Positions 28,417 to 28,588 of a stretch of DNA of 28,588 nt are shown here, piece by piece. Numbering within the stretch: position 1 is the stretch's first letter; the number at the start of each line of letters is the position of its first letter. Location: assembly GCA_964534625.1 (NCBI GenBank), contig CAZHRF010000041.1, forward strand, positions 1-28,588. Direction: 5' to 3'. A program made the translations under genes and the position numbers. Under the pieces are notes generated by a model. The model searched no databases and had not been told where the DNA came from. It was given only the letters and a program-made list of their open reading frames with translations. The DNA is from an uncultured archaeon. Lineage in GTDB: Archaea; Asgardarchaeota; Heimdallarchaeia; Heimdallarchaeales; Heimdallarchaeaceae.

Positions 28417-28588
28417 ATGAAACTGACTAAGGAAGAGATTGATGGGTATTTAACCAGTTATATGTTTAAACAAAAAACAACTAATACTCTAAACATTGAC
28501 AAACATAAGTCTACAAAAGTTGATACGATAACCATGTTCGAATATCGGGTAAACAGTCAGGTATTCCATGTACTCGGGCAATGCTCGC
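28417..28588 (+). CDS. Possible hypothetical protein, truncated by the window end
   Basis: Open frame from ATG 28417 to the edge (MKLTKEEIDGYLTSYMFKQKTT...). No motif recognised. Confidence 0.35.
   Translation, partial: MKLTKEEIDGYLTSYMFKQKTTNTLNIDKHKSTKVDTITMFEYRVNSQVFHVLGQCS

Noticed and set aside
1-28588. CRISPR array, tRNA or rRNA
   Set aside because: No regularly spaced repeat-spacer units, cloverleaf or rRNA-like GC-rich tracts were seen. The 21-bp repeat has no spacers.

Overview
AT-rich archaeal window, most likely from an Asgard archaeon (Heimdallarchaeia-like). This assignment is inferred from the TPR+longin protein, the IDLxPL-type LRR proteins, MfnA and GGAG/GGTG RBS motifs. Left to right it contains: the 5' part of an IS200/IS605 tnpB with its left-end hairpin; a membrane-anchored SCP2 (sterol/lipid carrier)-arylsulfotransferase fusion followed by a PAPS-type sulfotransferase; a convergent five-gene ABC importer operon (SBP, fused double permease, two ATPases, DUF47/PhoU); dppA; an ORF-less IS605 miniature; a large Ig-repeat/P-domain surface protein; a cellulose-synthase-like GT2; an IS remnant abutting a 5'-truncated, frameshifted giant orphan gene plus an LRR gene; mfnA; a decayed AAA ATPase; a second LRR protein; a GPH/MFS symporter; and a TPR-longin protein. 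The most notable items are the putative lipid-sulfation module, an importer whose two ATPases combine into one canonical and one degenerate site (TAP/CFTR-like asymmetry), and several non-autonomous IS605/omegaRNA-like elements. No tRNA, rRNA or CRISPR array was seen. All domain calls come from motif recognition by eye; no database search was run.
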